NCBI GenBank assembly: GCA_951406725.2 | Contig: OX597815.1 | Coordinates: 68,448,001-68,512,000 of the forward strand | Length of the DNA stretch: 64,000 nt | Direction of reading: 5' to 3' | Origin: Octopus vulgaris | Lineage: Eukaryota | In this document: positions 1-12,426 of the stretch, in pieces | How positions within the stretch are numbered: position 1 is the stretch's first letter | How the letters are laid out: the number at the start of each line of letters is the position of its first letter | Program-made: the position numbers and the translations under genes | The notes under the pieces: model-generated | Database searches by the model: none | What the model was told of the DNA's origin: nothing | The model's input: the letters and a program-made list of their open reading frames with translations, nothing else

Positions 1-274
1 CTAACTTCACAAGTACTATATTTATGGCCATGTAAAATAGGGTGTTTTTTTTTTCTTTTTTTTTTTAACCCCTCTCTGTACTAGTTGCCCAGGCAACCCT
101 GGACAGTTAAACTATGTCCTGGCAAATGAACCAGATAACAGTTATATTACCATTATATTGTGTCCTTTATAGGACAGTGAATAAATATTCTTTGACATTG
201 AAGTCACCTTATAAGGTGATTTTGTCTTGTATTTGTATTCTGGCTAAGAGACTAAGTTATCTTTACCTTTAATC

Positions 275-667
275 TTTTATTTGTTTCAGTCATTGGACTG
301 TAGCCATGCTGGGGCACCACCTTGAAAGGTTTAGTTGAACAAGTTAACACCAGTACTTATTTCTATCTGGTTGTTATTTTCGCGGTCTCTTTTGCCAAAC
401 CGCTAAATTACAGGGATGTAACAAACTAACACCAGTTGTCAGGTGGTGGTGGGGTATGCATAAAATCAGACATGCATGCATGCACTCACACACATAAAAA
501 TACATATGGGCTTCTTTCAGTTTTCATCTACAAAATCCACTCACAAAGCTTTAGTCAGCCCAGGGTTATAGTAGAAGGCACTTGCCCAAGGTGCTATGCA
601 GTGGGACTGAACCTAAGATCACATGGTAAAAAGCAAGCTTCTTAACCACACCGTCACACCTGTGCCT
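275..667 (-). mobile_element. tRNA-derived SINE (octopus OK-like)
   Basis: Reverse strand reads the head gtgtggttaagaagcttgct...ggttcagtcccactgc and the tail ccccagcatggc...tgactgaaacaaataaaaga shared with many copies in the window. Confidence 0.75.
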
Positions 668-1231
668 ATAAGTTAGTGCAAAATCCTTTTTTAACTTCCT
701 CATCTGCATTAAATGTGGGTGTATACACACTGACAACTGTAGTCAGTGCATCTATTGGAAGCAGCAAGTTTGAAACAGTGAGTCTGAAATCTTTCACTGA
801 TGACAGTAAGTAGTTATGGTAGCCTATTAATGAGATCATTGTAGATTGCCAAGACTATTGTGTGTATGTGCTATTTATCTAATAGTTTTTCTTTCCCAAA
901 ATTAAGTTATATCCATCACTGTCTTCCTTTGTTGAGTACCACAATTTGACAACTTCAGGTTGATCATGGGTGGAATTTAGTGTTAGTGGACCAAGCTGTG
1001 TAGAAGACTGGTACGTTTTTGTGGGTGTGTATGTGTGACTCTCTCTCTCTCTAAGTTTGTGCCAATGCAAGCTGATGTTGAGTTGTGTCCCTTTATTTCA
1101 AGAATGGTACTTTTGTCTTTCAATAAAGATTCCTAAAATAGGAGAGTATTGTAGTTCGCTTGAAGCATTGTGTATTGTTTGTAAAGAATAAAAAGTTTTG
1201 AATGGTATAACAATGCACTATAATACAGACA

Positions 1232-1700
1232 ATGGACTATATACCTGTTGTAATTTAGTCATCCATAGTCTGTTATATTTCGGAATAATGTTCCTTCTTC
1301 AGATATTCTTAGATGGAGTCACTGCTATAATCGGTTTGCCAACGGCTTTTTAATTTTTTTTGGCAGCGTCTTAGCAGTGGTTTCACAATGCTCCTTCTGG
1401 AATACCTCATAAGAAGTGTGTGTGGTTGGCCATGTCTCAATCTCATGTGTGCTGGTACATCCGTAGCACTGCTTCTAAGTTACATATTATACATGTTGCT
1501 TCCTTGAACCTACATGCACCCGATGTATCTTAATAATGTATTGATTACCAACCTCCAGCCTGTTGTTAATTTGGGGCCCTAGTCTGTGTATGAGTATAGC
1601 TTCCTTAATTCTTAAATTACCCAAATTTCTTTCATTGTCCTCAATTGTGACTGTTATGCTTTTGTCGGTGTTCTGGCATCTGTCTAGATGTTTTCTGAAG
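1232..1700 (-). mobile_element. Inverted pLTR/3' copy of a Penelope-like element
   Basis: Reverse complement of ~2663-3194; encodes the same GIY-YIG C-terminus FRKHLDRC..LRIKEAILI. Confidence 0.88.
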
Positions 1701-1754
1701 AGAGAGAGAGGGTTGTTGGACATTTTGTATTAATCATCATCATTTGAACATCTA

Positions 1755-3194
1755 CTTTTGTCCATCATCATGGACAACACCTACTTCTCATTCCAGGACC
1801 ACATATACAAACAGACAACAGGTCTCCCCATGGGATCCAGTCTCTCGGGCCTACTAGCCATCATTTATGTGAGCTATCTGGAACGTCGAGCACTCAACAT
1901 CTGCCTCTCATGTGTCTTCTTCACCAGATATGTCGATGACATCTTCATACATCCTCCTGTGAAGAGGCTGACAGAATGTTCACGACATTCAAGAGCATGG
2001 ACATGAACATAAAGTTCACTATAGAACACCCCAACATCACTGGATCGCTATCACTACTTGACTTCAAATTGAAAATAACGGAAGAAAGGGGGGTCCACAC
2101 CGAGTTCTACTGGAAAGCAGTCAGTAGAGATATGTTTGTCCAGTACAGTTCAGCACTTCCACTCGGTGCCAAAATAGGATACGCCAGAAATAAACTTGCA
2201 CACATCCAGAGTAAGTGCAGCAGAATGGAGAACAAAGTAACCCACACTACATGCTTCCTAGATATATTGAAAACCAACGGGTACCCTAGAACCATTGTAA
2301 ATCGGATTAAGTAAACAAGACAACCCAAGACGCTGAACACATAGAAAACCCAGCAACACATGCTTCCTTAAAATACCCCATTTTAGTGAGAGGATAACTA
2401 CATCCTTCCGAAGAGCCATAAGAAGAGAAAGGCTGGACATACAACTAGCCCACTCCAGCCTGAGAGGACACCCCACTAAGAAACAAACAAGGGACAACAA
2501 TCAATGTACACTAACAAAGTGTCCCATCCGTGACACAGATTTATGCCAACGGGTTTATGTTGTGTATAGAATACAATGTAACAAATACAAGTTCTATGTG
2601 GGTAGCACATCAAGACCATTACACGTCTGTATCAAAGAACATCTGGGCATGAGAGCTTCCTCCTTCAGAAAACATCTAGACAGATGCTGGAACACTGACA
2701 AAAGCATAACAGTCACAATTGAGGCCAATGGAAGAAATTTGGGTAATTTAAGAATTAAGGAAGCTATACTCATACACAGACTAGGGCCCCAAATTAACAA
2801 CAGGCTGGAGGTTGGTAATCAATACATTATTTAGATACATCTGGGTGCATGTAGGTTCATTTTCGATAATATGCTCATCTTGTAGTTTATAACAAAAAAA
2901 AAAAAGGGGGGAAAAAAGGAAGCCGCACATATAATATATAACTTAGAAGCAACGCTACAGATGTACCAGCACACACAAGATTGAGACATGACCAACCTCA
3001 CACACTTCTCATGAAGAATTCAAGAAGGAGCATCGTGAGACCACTGCTGAGACGCTTCCAAAAAAAATTTAGAAGAAAAGCCTTTGGCAAACCAATTATA
3101 GTAGCGACTCTATCTAAGAATATCTAAAAAAGGAATATTCCGAAATATCATATCAGACTATGGATGACTAAATTACAACAGGTATATAGCCCAT
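1755..3194 (+). mobile_element. Penelope-like retroelement, 5'-truncated and frameshifted (RT + GIY-YIG endonuclease)
   Basis: RT motifs QTTGLPMGSSLSGLLA, RYVDD, FTIE, NGYP; endonuclease VYRIQC..FYVGSTSRPL..IKEH..LRIKEA. Confidence 0.92.
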
Positions 3195-4924
3195 ATTCTT
3201 GATAAAATATCACTTTTCACAGTGGTTTCATATTACAGACCAAAACCTTTTGAAGACAATGCCTCATCATGACCATAAGCCAGTGCTTGAAATCACTGAA
3301 AGATTATACATGTGAATATGTTTAAATTAAAATTTATCACGTAACGTTTAAGCTATAATTTGTGTGACAAGATGGACTTACTTCTCAAATTCTAATATTC
3401 GACAGAATTTTTTTTTTTATCATGTATTGTCACTATTGGTTATTTTCTGTTTTTTGTCAACCACATTTACTAGTAGAACTTGTTACTGGTGGTTTTTAAA
3501 GGCCTTATGACTGTTGAAAGCTGGTTGGAAATAAGTCTGAAGACATTTTTTTTTTTATCTAAAGTCAAGGTTTGAACTAAGAATTGTAAGCTAAATACAC
3601 TTTAATCGGTTATACAGCACTTGTGCTGATTATAGCAGCAGTAATCTCTTCTATCCAGTGATAGCAATTTACAGCAAAATGGTTTAGCCATTGAGATGGA
3701 AGGATAATAGAAAAAGTATTTAAACTTATGATCCATCATTTACTACGTCTTGCTCTACCAGGACATTACTATGCCCTGGTGGGACAGGATATAGTAATGT
3801 TGGCCATTTGCTGCTTTCACCTTAGCCAACATATATTTATTCTGTCTGGTTGGTTGGTATGTGCGAGACAGAATTGGGGATGGTCTGACTGGCAGTTTTT
3901 GTAATAAAGTCCTTGTGACCCATTTTTTTATGAAGTTCACAAAAGAATTAGCAATTCTACATACTGATAGAGTAGAAAGAAAATTCACACACTCTGCGAT
4001 CAATATTTCTTGCAAAAACTGTTTTCACAAGCCTTCTTAGTATATACATTAATTACAGAATTAACAAAAGAATAAAATGACTACAGGTAGGTTTGTTTGT
4101 TTAGATCAGCACAAAAGAGAAGTCATTTGTTGGAGATGGGTTTAAGTTAATGGAAGAAACTGTTAGTTACTTCTAAAAACTGATTAAGGAGTACTTATGC
4201 AGGTGCACAATTTCGTAGTACTAGATTTATTGTTGGTTTCAAGATTTATGGACAAATCTGCTATGATTTTGTAAACTAATTTTCATTTGGTTTATGCTGA
4301 CAATGGCCCTAAAATTATGCAAGTATTGATTTTTTTACTCTTTTACAGCAATATGCATGTGTATTGTTACAATACCAATTGAGCTAGTAGCATCTTACAT
4401 TGGAAACATGACAGGGGAAATGCTAAAATGCATGGCTAGTGCTTGTTTCCCTTATAATAAATGTTTCTTTTCTTCAGTTTTCTTTTTCTCAATAACTACC
4501 AAACTTATTTAATTTTTTTTTCTATACAAGTGGTCAACCAAATTTAACTTTATTAGGTAAGTAATTAAAAGATCACAAATGTCACTTGAAGTAGTTTATC
4601 AAGTACTGCAACTGGTTTATAGAGAAGGTTTGCTGAGAAATCATAATAAATGTAGAGGTACGTCTGCAGGGTGTAAATGAAAATGATGTCATGAAGTGAT
4701 CATTATGCTAATTTCATGATAGCAGGATTTGGCCAGTATTGAAAAAAGTTGCATTTGTTGCTTTGACAGCTCAAGCGACAGGCTCAACTTATCTCTCTTT
4801 ACAATGTATGCTTGAAATACTAAACAGTTGGATATCTCTATAAACCTGTGCTGCAAACATCCAACTTTTGAGCATAAAACATTATTAGTTATCACTCCTC
4901 TAATGCAACTTATTTTATTTCTTT

Positions 4925-5650
4925 AACCATTCTTCATCCATTAATATTGTTCTCTCTACCCATACGTTACATTGATTTTTCACCTTTTCCTCACCCTCAA
5001 TGGACCACCAAATTATCTCTCCTTGTGCACTCCACCTGCATTTCTCCACCTTCTCTTGCAGCCTACCCAGTCAACTGTACCATCATTACTATCCTGATGC
5101 TCTCTTTTGTATCTTTCTACCTTCTCCAATTCATGCATCATTGCCCATCCTCATCCCCATATGCATCACTCCCTACAACCACTCTTCAGTCCCACCCAAT
5201 CTTTACAGTTATTGCCTGTCTCCTCTCCCCGCTTCCATTTCTATCTCATACATTCTTACAACCCACCCACCTACTCAGTTTCTCTGTCCCTACTCATTTC
5301 TATTCACCTTATACCTTGATGGGCGCCCCCTAGTTACTTATCACCACTATTTATCTCTTTGCCTCTCTTAATGATTCAATTTCTTTCTTTCCTTTAGATA
5401 TGAGCAGCCATGTAGCTAGCTCCTCTACAAGAATCTGCTCCACCTCAGCCCTGCTCTCATACCTTAATCCTCATATCCTAGAATAAAGCCATATCACTAA
5501 TGCCAATGGCATGGAAAAAGTACCCAGTACACTGTGAAAGTTTGGCATTCAAGGACATCCAGTCATGGAAACTATGCCAATGTAGACAGCAGAACATGAT
5601 GCAATTCTTGGGCTCAGCAACTGCTGTCAAACCATGTGACCCATGCCAAC
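4925..5650 (+). repeat. Pyrimidine-rich interspersed repeat ending in an RTE/SINE-like tail
   Basis: The core ccttga.gg..cccc...ttatcac recurs at ~20710-21370 and, inverted, at ~26990-27400 and ~46780-47120. Confidence 0.5.
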
Positions 5651-5982
5651 AATGAGTGTTATTCCAATAACCCAATCAGTGTTATTCCAATAACCCAATC
5701 AGTGTTTCTGGAGTAGAGAGTGCCTGTGACTTGGTGTAGAACAAATATTTTAAGGATCTTTATGTTCCCCAGTGAGCTTATTAGCAGATTGCTTTGTGGG
5801 CCTTCATATTGTCACTATAATTTTAAAATTCTTGACATGCCTAATAAAACCATCAGTCATATTAATGTTTTTAATGGACTAAAAAATGGCTGAGTAGTTT
5901 GCTACAATTACATTCTGATATTAGGAATGATGTTTTTTGTCTCATGTTCAGACTGTTAAAATACTTGAAAAATCATTTTAAT

Positions 5983-6292
5983 ATAACATAAGGGACGTTA
6001 GCCATCTGAATGTGGCTAGGGACAGGGCAGGGCGGTGGGGGTGTTACTGATGCATTTAGCCCCAGGCAATCATCAACGTCACCAGGAGGGCTGACGCCAT
6101 CACGGCGTCCTCTAGCCTGCAAAGGGAGATCATTCCCCGAAGAAGCGGATGCCACATACGGACAGGACGCCGTGTTGACGTCAGCCCTCCTGGTGACGTT
6201 GATGATCGCCTGGGGCTAAATGCATCAGTAACACCCCCACCGCCCTGCCCTGTCCCTAGCCACATTCAGATGGCTAACGTCCCTTATGTTAT
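5983..6292. mobile_element. Foldback element/MITE with 129-bp terminal inverted repeats
   Basis: Arms 5983-6111 and 6164-6292 have 3 mismatches around a 52-bp spacer; GC-rich relative to flanks; TA at both ends. Confidence 0.85.
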
Positions 6293-6359
6293 GGAGCAGT
6301 TACTGTCTATATCTCGTTTAGAGAATTATTATTGCATTTTAATATATATGTACTGATAA

Positions 6360-6535
6360 AAAGCCCTAAACCACAGTTCTGGGAAATAGTGCATAAAGAT
6401 CAGGGATACAGTACAAAATACTGGGAATGTGTTGATCATAGTTAATTTGGAGGGAAGCCATTTTTTATGTTCCACATTCTCTAGATTTGGTGTTCCAAAG
6501 ACAGAGCTATTGGACAATGGGCCAGAAAACATTCA
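6360..6535 (+). pseudogene. Gypsy-type integrase relic
   Basis: Translates WEIVHKD...FSRFGVPKTELLDNGPE, resembling the rve consensus W..VH.D...F.R.G.P..I.SDNG. Confidence 0.6.
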
Positions 6536-9486
6536 GTTAAGACTAATTTAAGTGACTTGGTTGCAAGAAAATTAAAATCCTACCTACAGTCTGAAATTTA
6601 ATAAATAGCAGAGAGAGAGAGAGAGCTGTGTGGACATGTCTGTATTAAAAAGTTACAGTACATTATTTGGAAAGTTTGAAATTTTGCTAAAGGATTCTTT
6701 TGCTGTGTATTTTTTTAAACACTGCAATGCAGGACTTGGCAAACAGGAATCTATTTTACAAGATTGAATAAATAGTTCATCACAAGAAAAACATGATAGA
6801 ATATCCTGTTGATACATATTGGATTTATATTGGTTGAAACAAAGCAGGATTAAATATGAAGATGAAATTAGTTTGCATCAACTGAACAAAAAATAGCTCA
6901 TCAACATTCTTTCCAAAGTCTCTCTGCTAATCTTGATAATGTTATTCATAAACTAACATCACCAGCTCTTCTCCATCTCTTGTAGATCCACCATTATGTC
7001 TTGTGATCCTTTTCTGACAGGTTGACATTGTTCATTTCTCCAACTACTTCTGAGGCTAATATTTAGTCTTCAACACCTCCCATACAACCAAACACTTCTA
7101 AATCCTGCTTTGCCTCACTGCAACTCTGAGGGCATTGAAACAGAACCATATTAGAGCAGTAGAATCACAAATGGAATTTTTTAAATGCTTCAAGATGATT
7201 TTATCTTGGTTGGAGTAATGTGTGTATTATTGCTATTCTTATTTGTAGATGCTAGGTGGCAAACTCACAGAATTGTTAAGTAGGTCAAAATGCTGAGTGA
7301 CATTTCTTCCAGCTCTTTATCTTCTGAGTTCAAATGACACCATGGTCATCTTAGCTTTTCATCCTTTCAGCATTGATAAAATAAAGTAACAGTGAAGTAC
7401 TGGGGCCACTGTAATCAACTAACCTTTTCCCCACTAAAATTACTGGCCTTGTGCCAAAATTTGAAACTGTTGTTTATGGTTGCAGTATGGCTGGATGGAT
7501 AAGAAGTGCACTGCTCAATCAAAATATCCTCGCTTCTATCCCACTGTGGGAATCTTGACTAAATATAAAGCTTTAGCTCAACCTATATTTTTGTGAGTGA
7601 CATTGGATAAATGGAAACTACATTGAAACCTGTTATGGATTATATTTGTAATTCAAAGGTTCAGCTTAGTCACAGACTTTGGCATACTCAGCTATTTTTG
7701 TATTCCGATTCAATAAGCTTAGTGGTTCAGTTGATGAAACAATTGAAAACTCAGTCAGAAATTTCGACCAAAACTGATTCTTGTCAAAATGGAAATAGTC
7801 TCTTATATCATTTTTATTTAAATAATATTGGAGCATTGTATGTGTTTTTTATGCTTGCACATGGTCAAGAATATTTAACATATTGACTGCCACTTCGATG
7901 TCAAGGATAGTCTTATGGTTTCCTACTGAAATAATCTTGGAGAAATGCAATTATATTCTATTACTAACTGTTATATTATCATCAATGTGAAATATTTTGT
8001 TTAAATGTTCAACTACATTAATTCTCTACCTCCTTTATAAAACATCACTCTCAATTCTCTACAAAAGTGATTTTTTTTTCCTCAGTAATTCCATCTTATT
8101 TATGCTATAAATAGACCAATTTTAACAAAATGTTGTTGCAGCTACCTGCCTATTATAAAATAATCTTTCAGTAGTGTTAACAGTGACACCTATTTGATAT
8201 TTACCCTTTTTATTTGTGATTTTAAGGTTAGTTTTAAGGGAATTAATTCTTATTAAATAAGTCTAGATTTGCCAGAGTAACCTCCCTTGGATTGGTCGCT
8301 AAATGTTCTTTTGTCCGTTGCAAGAGTAGGTACTGCTTTGGGGGAGAAAAATAATTTTATACTTTTTAATTACGATTTTTTTTTTTTTGCTTATATTGGT
8401 AATCAGTAAAATTGTTGTCTAGCCTCAGTCCATTAGGAAGATGGTAGTGCATAATTTATGGGAGATGTTATTACTGTTTCTAGCAGGTTGTGTGACCATA
8501 TAAAGCTTCCACCATCAACCAACAAATTGTTTGATTCAGTGGTCTTCCAATTTAATGACACTAAAGAGATAGACTGATATTGTTTTCTGCAGTGTCGTAA
8601 CGAAATATACCATACTTATCACTAATAATTTATTGTTTAATCACTGCTGTTATTAATTTCATTTACTGTTCATTTATTGATTGCGCATGGCTAAACAGAA
8701 AATACCAATATATATCTGTCTCTGACAGTTAAATAGTTTAAATTTTGTGTGTGTGTCTACTATGGTAGGTTGAATAGTTCTACAAATACTTATAATTATG
8801 CAACCATTGTACTAGTGTTGTTGGTATGTATTGGAAAGTAGATTGACTAAAATATTAGTGTTGTTACCATAGAAGGAATTGTTTCTAAGATGACAGTCCT
8901 TTACATCATCTACTCTAATATCAGGTGTCTACTAAGTTGTTCTCTCTCACTTATATATATAGTTGAAATTTACAGAAAAGCAAAAGACGACAGGTGTATT
9001 AGTTTGATGCTCAGGAAAGTGAGAAAATCTTTTACGTTTCAAGCCTACACTCTTCAACATATATAATCATTGCTACCTATGTTCAATGTTGGAGCCATAA
9101 CTTTTACTCATAAACCAACTGTAGAATTAGGTTTATTTCTTAAAATGTTTTAATGATTCTTTAAATATATGTACTTGTTGCCAATAATTAGTTCCACAAC
9201 ACTATTTTAAAATGAAAATCATATCAAAATTCACTACAATTATTTAAATCAAAATTTAAATCAATTTTGTGTTAAGGTAAGTTTGATTTCATGTTTTATT
9301 TCCCCTCACTGAATTCCTCTCTTTCATTTCATGTGTTTTTATTCTTTTCTGTGTAATTTTTTCTACCTCCTGTCTGTTCTACTGTTCTTTTATCTTGGTA
9401 TCAAAATTATCTCAGGTACCAGTGTTTACTGATAGAAACTGCAATATTCTTTCTTTGTTGTCATTTGGTTTACTTCTGGAAGCTGA

Positions 9487-9925
9487 ATAATAATAATAAT
9501 AATCCTTTCTACTAAATGCATGAGGCCTTAAATTTGGTGGGGGGTTAGTTGATTACATCGAGCCCAGTGTTTCACTGGTACTTAATTTATTAATTCTGAA
9601 AGGATGAAATGCAAAGTCAACCTCAGTGGAATTTGAACTCAGAATGTAGTGAGAGGCAAAATACTGCTCAGCACTTTACCTGGCATGCTAACGATTCTGC
9701 CAGCTCACTGCCTTAATAATAACTTCAAATTTTGACACAAGGCCACAAATTTTTGTGGGGAGAGGATAAGTCAATTAATTCGACCTTAGTGCTGAACTGG
9801 TACTTATTTTATCAACCCCAACAGGATGTAAGCAGGAATTTGAACTCAGGTAAAATGGAAGAAATCCCATTAAGCATTTTACCTGGCATGCTAATGATTC
9901 TGCCAGCTCACCATATTAATAATAA
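9487..9925 (-). mobile_element. Two tandem OR-type SINE copies
   Basis: Each reads gtgagctggcagaatc..ctgagttcaaattcc..aagtaccag on the reverse strand with an (ATT)n tail. Confidence 0.75.
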
Positions 9926-10495
9926 TGATGATGATGAATAATTGACCTGAATAATGAAAAATATGAATCTTCTAAAGGCACTTGACAATACTAAAAAATA
10001 AGTTTTTTTAAAACGATTTTAATAATATATAAATGAATCTTTCGTATGTCACTTGGACTGAAAATATTAATGATAAAATTGATGATGATAATCTAAGCTA
10101 CCATTATTATTATTCACTTGCTCTTTGTTGAACCATTTCACTGTAATAAAATATTTCTATTTCTTTTGTCAAAGCTTTAAAATCAAAATAATCTATACAT
10201 ATATTTTGGTAGCTTTTCTAATTAACCTAAAGGTTTTGGGTTACTTCTTTTTTTTTTTTTTTTTTGTTTCCTTCTATAAAAATAAGGTAATTTCATTTTA
10301 TTTTTAATATTTCTTTACTCACCCCTCCTCAACTTTTACATTCGTGCTGTTTTAAAATGTTCCAGTTGATTTGTTTCCATTTTCAACTTTTCGTTTTTTT
10401 ATCCAAAATATTTGTTGATAATCTGTAATGGTGGTGCTGGTAGTAGTAGTTTTACCATTTTGTAGCTTCTCATAATATGAAACATTAACTATATA

Positions 10496-11840
10496 TTGGG
10501 TTGGTAAGAAAGTAATTTCGTTTTTTGCAAATGGTTACAATTTTTTTGAATGGCTTTTGTCAATGTTATCTTTCAGCTTTCTTTAGAAGCAAATTGCACA
10601 TAATTTTGTTTATAGGTGCACATTTTCACTATATTTTGCTTTTTTATTTCCATAAAGGCAAGAAAGCTGCTTGAGCTCACAAAGAGATATGTAAAGTTTA
10701 TGGTGTTGATTGCTTAATGGAATGCACATGTCAGAAGTGGTTTTAAAAATTCTGTTCTGGAGATTTTTTACTCAAAGATGACCATCATTTAAGTCGACCT
10801 ACTGAAGTTGTTGATGACTGAATCAAAGCCACACTTGAATCTGATTGTCATATAACTGTGAGAGAGATGGCAGAGAGATTAAATGTATCACACACAACAA
10901 TTGGAAATCACTTAAAATGCCTTGGACTCATTAAGAAGGTCAATATTTGGGTTCCACATAAATTGAAAGAGGTTCACTTAACACAACAAATCAATATTTG
11001 CGATATGCAATGAAATTGACTTGTGATGAAAATTGGATTGTCTACAATAACATCAATCGAAAATGATCATGGTCCAAGCATAATGAACCAGCACAAACCA
11101 CATCAAAAGCTTAATTGCATCAGGAAAATATGATGCTGTCTATTTGGTGAGATTACAAAAGTGTTGTGTATTTTGAGCTGCTTCCAAGGAAAAAACAATC
11201 AGTTCAGATGTTTACTGTGGTTAGGGAGCTTGCTTCCTATCTACATGGTTTCGGGTTCAGTCCCACTGCGTGGCACTTTGGGTAGGTGTCTTCCACTATA
11301 GCCTCGAGCCGACCGGAGCTTTGTGATTGAATTTGGTAGGTGGAAGTTACTGCCGTGTGTGTATGTGTGCGTTAGCTGCTCAGTGCCTCTCCGAAAGAGA
11401 GAGAGGGAACTAATGAAACTGGAGGAAGCAATCAAAGAAAAACGGCCAGAATTGGCAAATTATAAAGAAATCATGTTCCACCATAACAATGCTAGACCAC
11501 ACACGTCTTTGCTAACTCGTGAAAAATTATTGGAGCTTGGTTGGGAAGGGATGTCACCTCCACCATATAGCCCTGACCTTGCACTATCAGATTACCATTT
11601 ATTTCGAAGTTTGCAAAATTCATTGAATGGTAAAACTTTCAATAATGATGATGACCTGAAATCGCACTTGGCTGATGAGGACCAGAAGTTCTATGAGCAG
11701 AGAATCATGAAGTTGCCAGAAAGTTGGCAAAAGGTCATCCAAAAAAAATGGAAAAAATATAATTGATTAAAGTTCATTCTTTGTATGAAAAAAAATTTAT
11801 TTCATACTAAAAAACCAAAATTACTTTCTTGCCAACCCAA
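10496..11840 (+). mobile_element. Mariner DNA transposon, decayed, with a nested SINE (~11214-11400)
   Basis: TIRs ttgggttgg(t/c)aagaaagtaattt flanked by a TA TSD; transposase motifs WVPHKL, HHNNARPH, YSPDLALSDYHLF; stops and frameshifts. Confidence 0.95.
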
Positions 11841-12342
11841 TAGATCAGTTGAAATATATTTGAGAGCTATTTGACTTGTATAAAGGCCATATTCACTACT
11901 GCTGGCTGTTGGGGAAAATTCTTGCTTTAGACAATCTGCATTAAAAAAAAGCAGCCTTTGGTGCCTTGAAATATATATAAAATGGTGTTGACAGTTACTT
12001 TGCAGTTCTGTTGGTTATCCAAAGTATTCACAGTAACTGTGAACAGTATTATTTAAATAAATATTAGAGTTGATATGTGTTCTGTCCTTTTGTTCAGCCA
12101 TTGCTCATTGTTTTTATGGATTTCTAAACATTTATTTGTAACGTATACATTGTCCCCGTTATCTATGTGAATGCACTATATTTCTATAGTACTGTAACAC
12201 TATAGTATAGTTCTGTAGTCTGGTGTTGTGCTGATGCCTACCATCGAGTTCTCTGTAGGTACAAACAAAAAAGGTTACAGTATACATAACACATATTTGG
12301 ATGCCTAATTTTAATTATACTGTCATTATTTACTGTATTTAG

Positions 12343-12426
12343 GAACTTGAACAGAAGCTAGAACTGGAAACCATTGAGAAGCAGAGACTAGACAGAAAGT
12401 GCAGACAACTAACAAGGCAAATTGAG
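12343..12426 (+). CDS. CIT: CIT exon, coiled-coil ([28 protein letters not shown])
   Basis: tttag| ... |gtgagt; 84 nt, phase 0-0. Confidence 0.8.

Noticed and set aside
3755-4015. 86-aa minus-strand ORF as a nested gene exon
   Set aside because: No recognisable domain, no clear splice sites and no partner exons
6010-6265. Two mirror ORFs MWLGTGQGGG..
   Set aside because: By-product of the inverted repeat
8280-8700. Possible promoter (ATTGG and TGCGCATG motifs)
   Set aside because: Short motifs only, with no supporting exon or CpG enrichment
11323-11766. 147-aa ORF as a SINE-transposase fusion gene
   Set aside because: Starts at GTG inside a SINE and runs into decayed mariner sequence
1-12342. 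Upstream CIT kinase-domain exons
   Set aside because: Donor-like sites (4086, 4556, 9277, 10285) lack convincing open exons or kinase motifs, so this is treated as intron or upstream DNA
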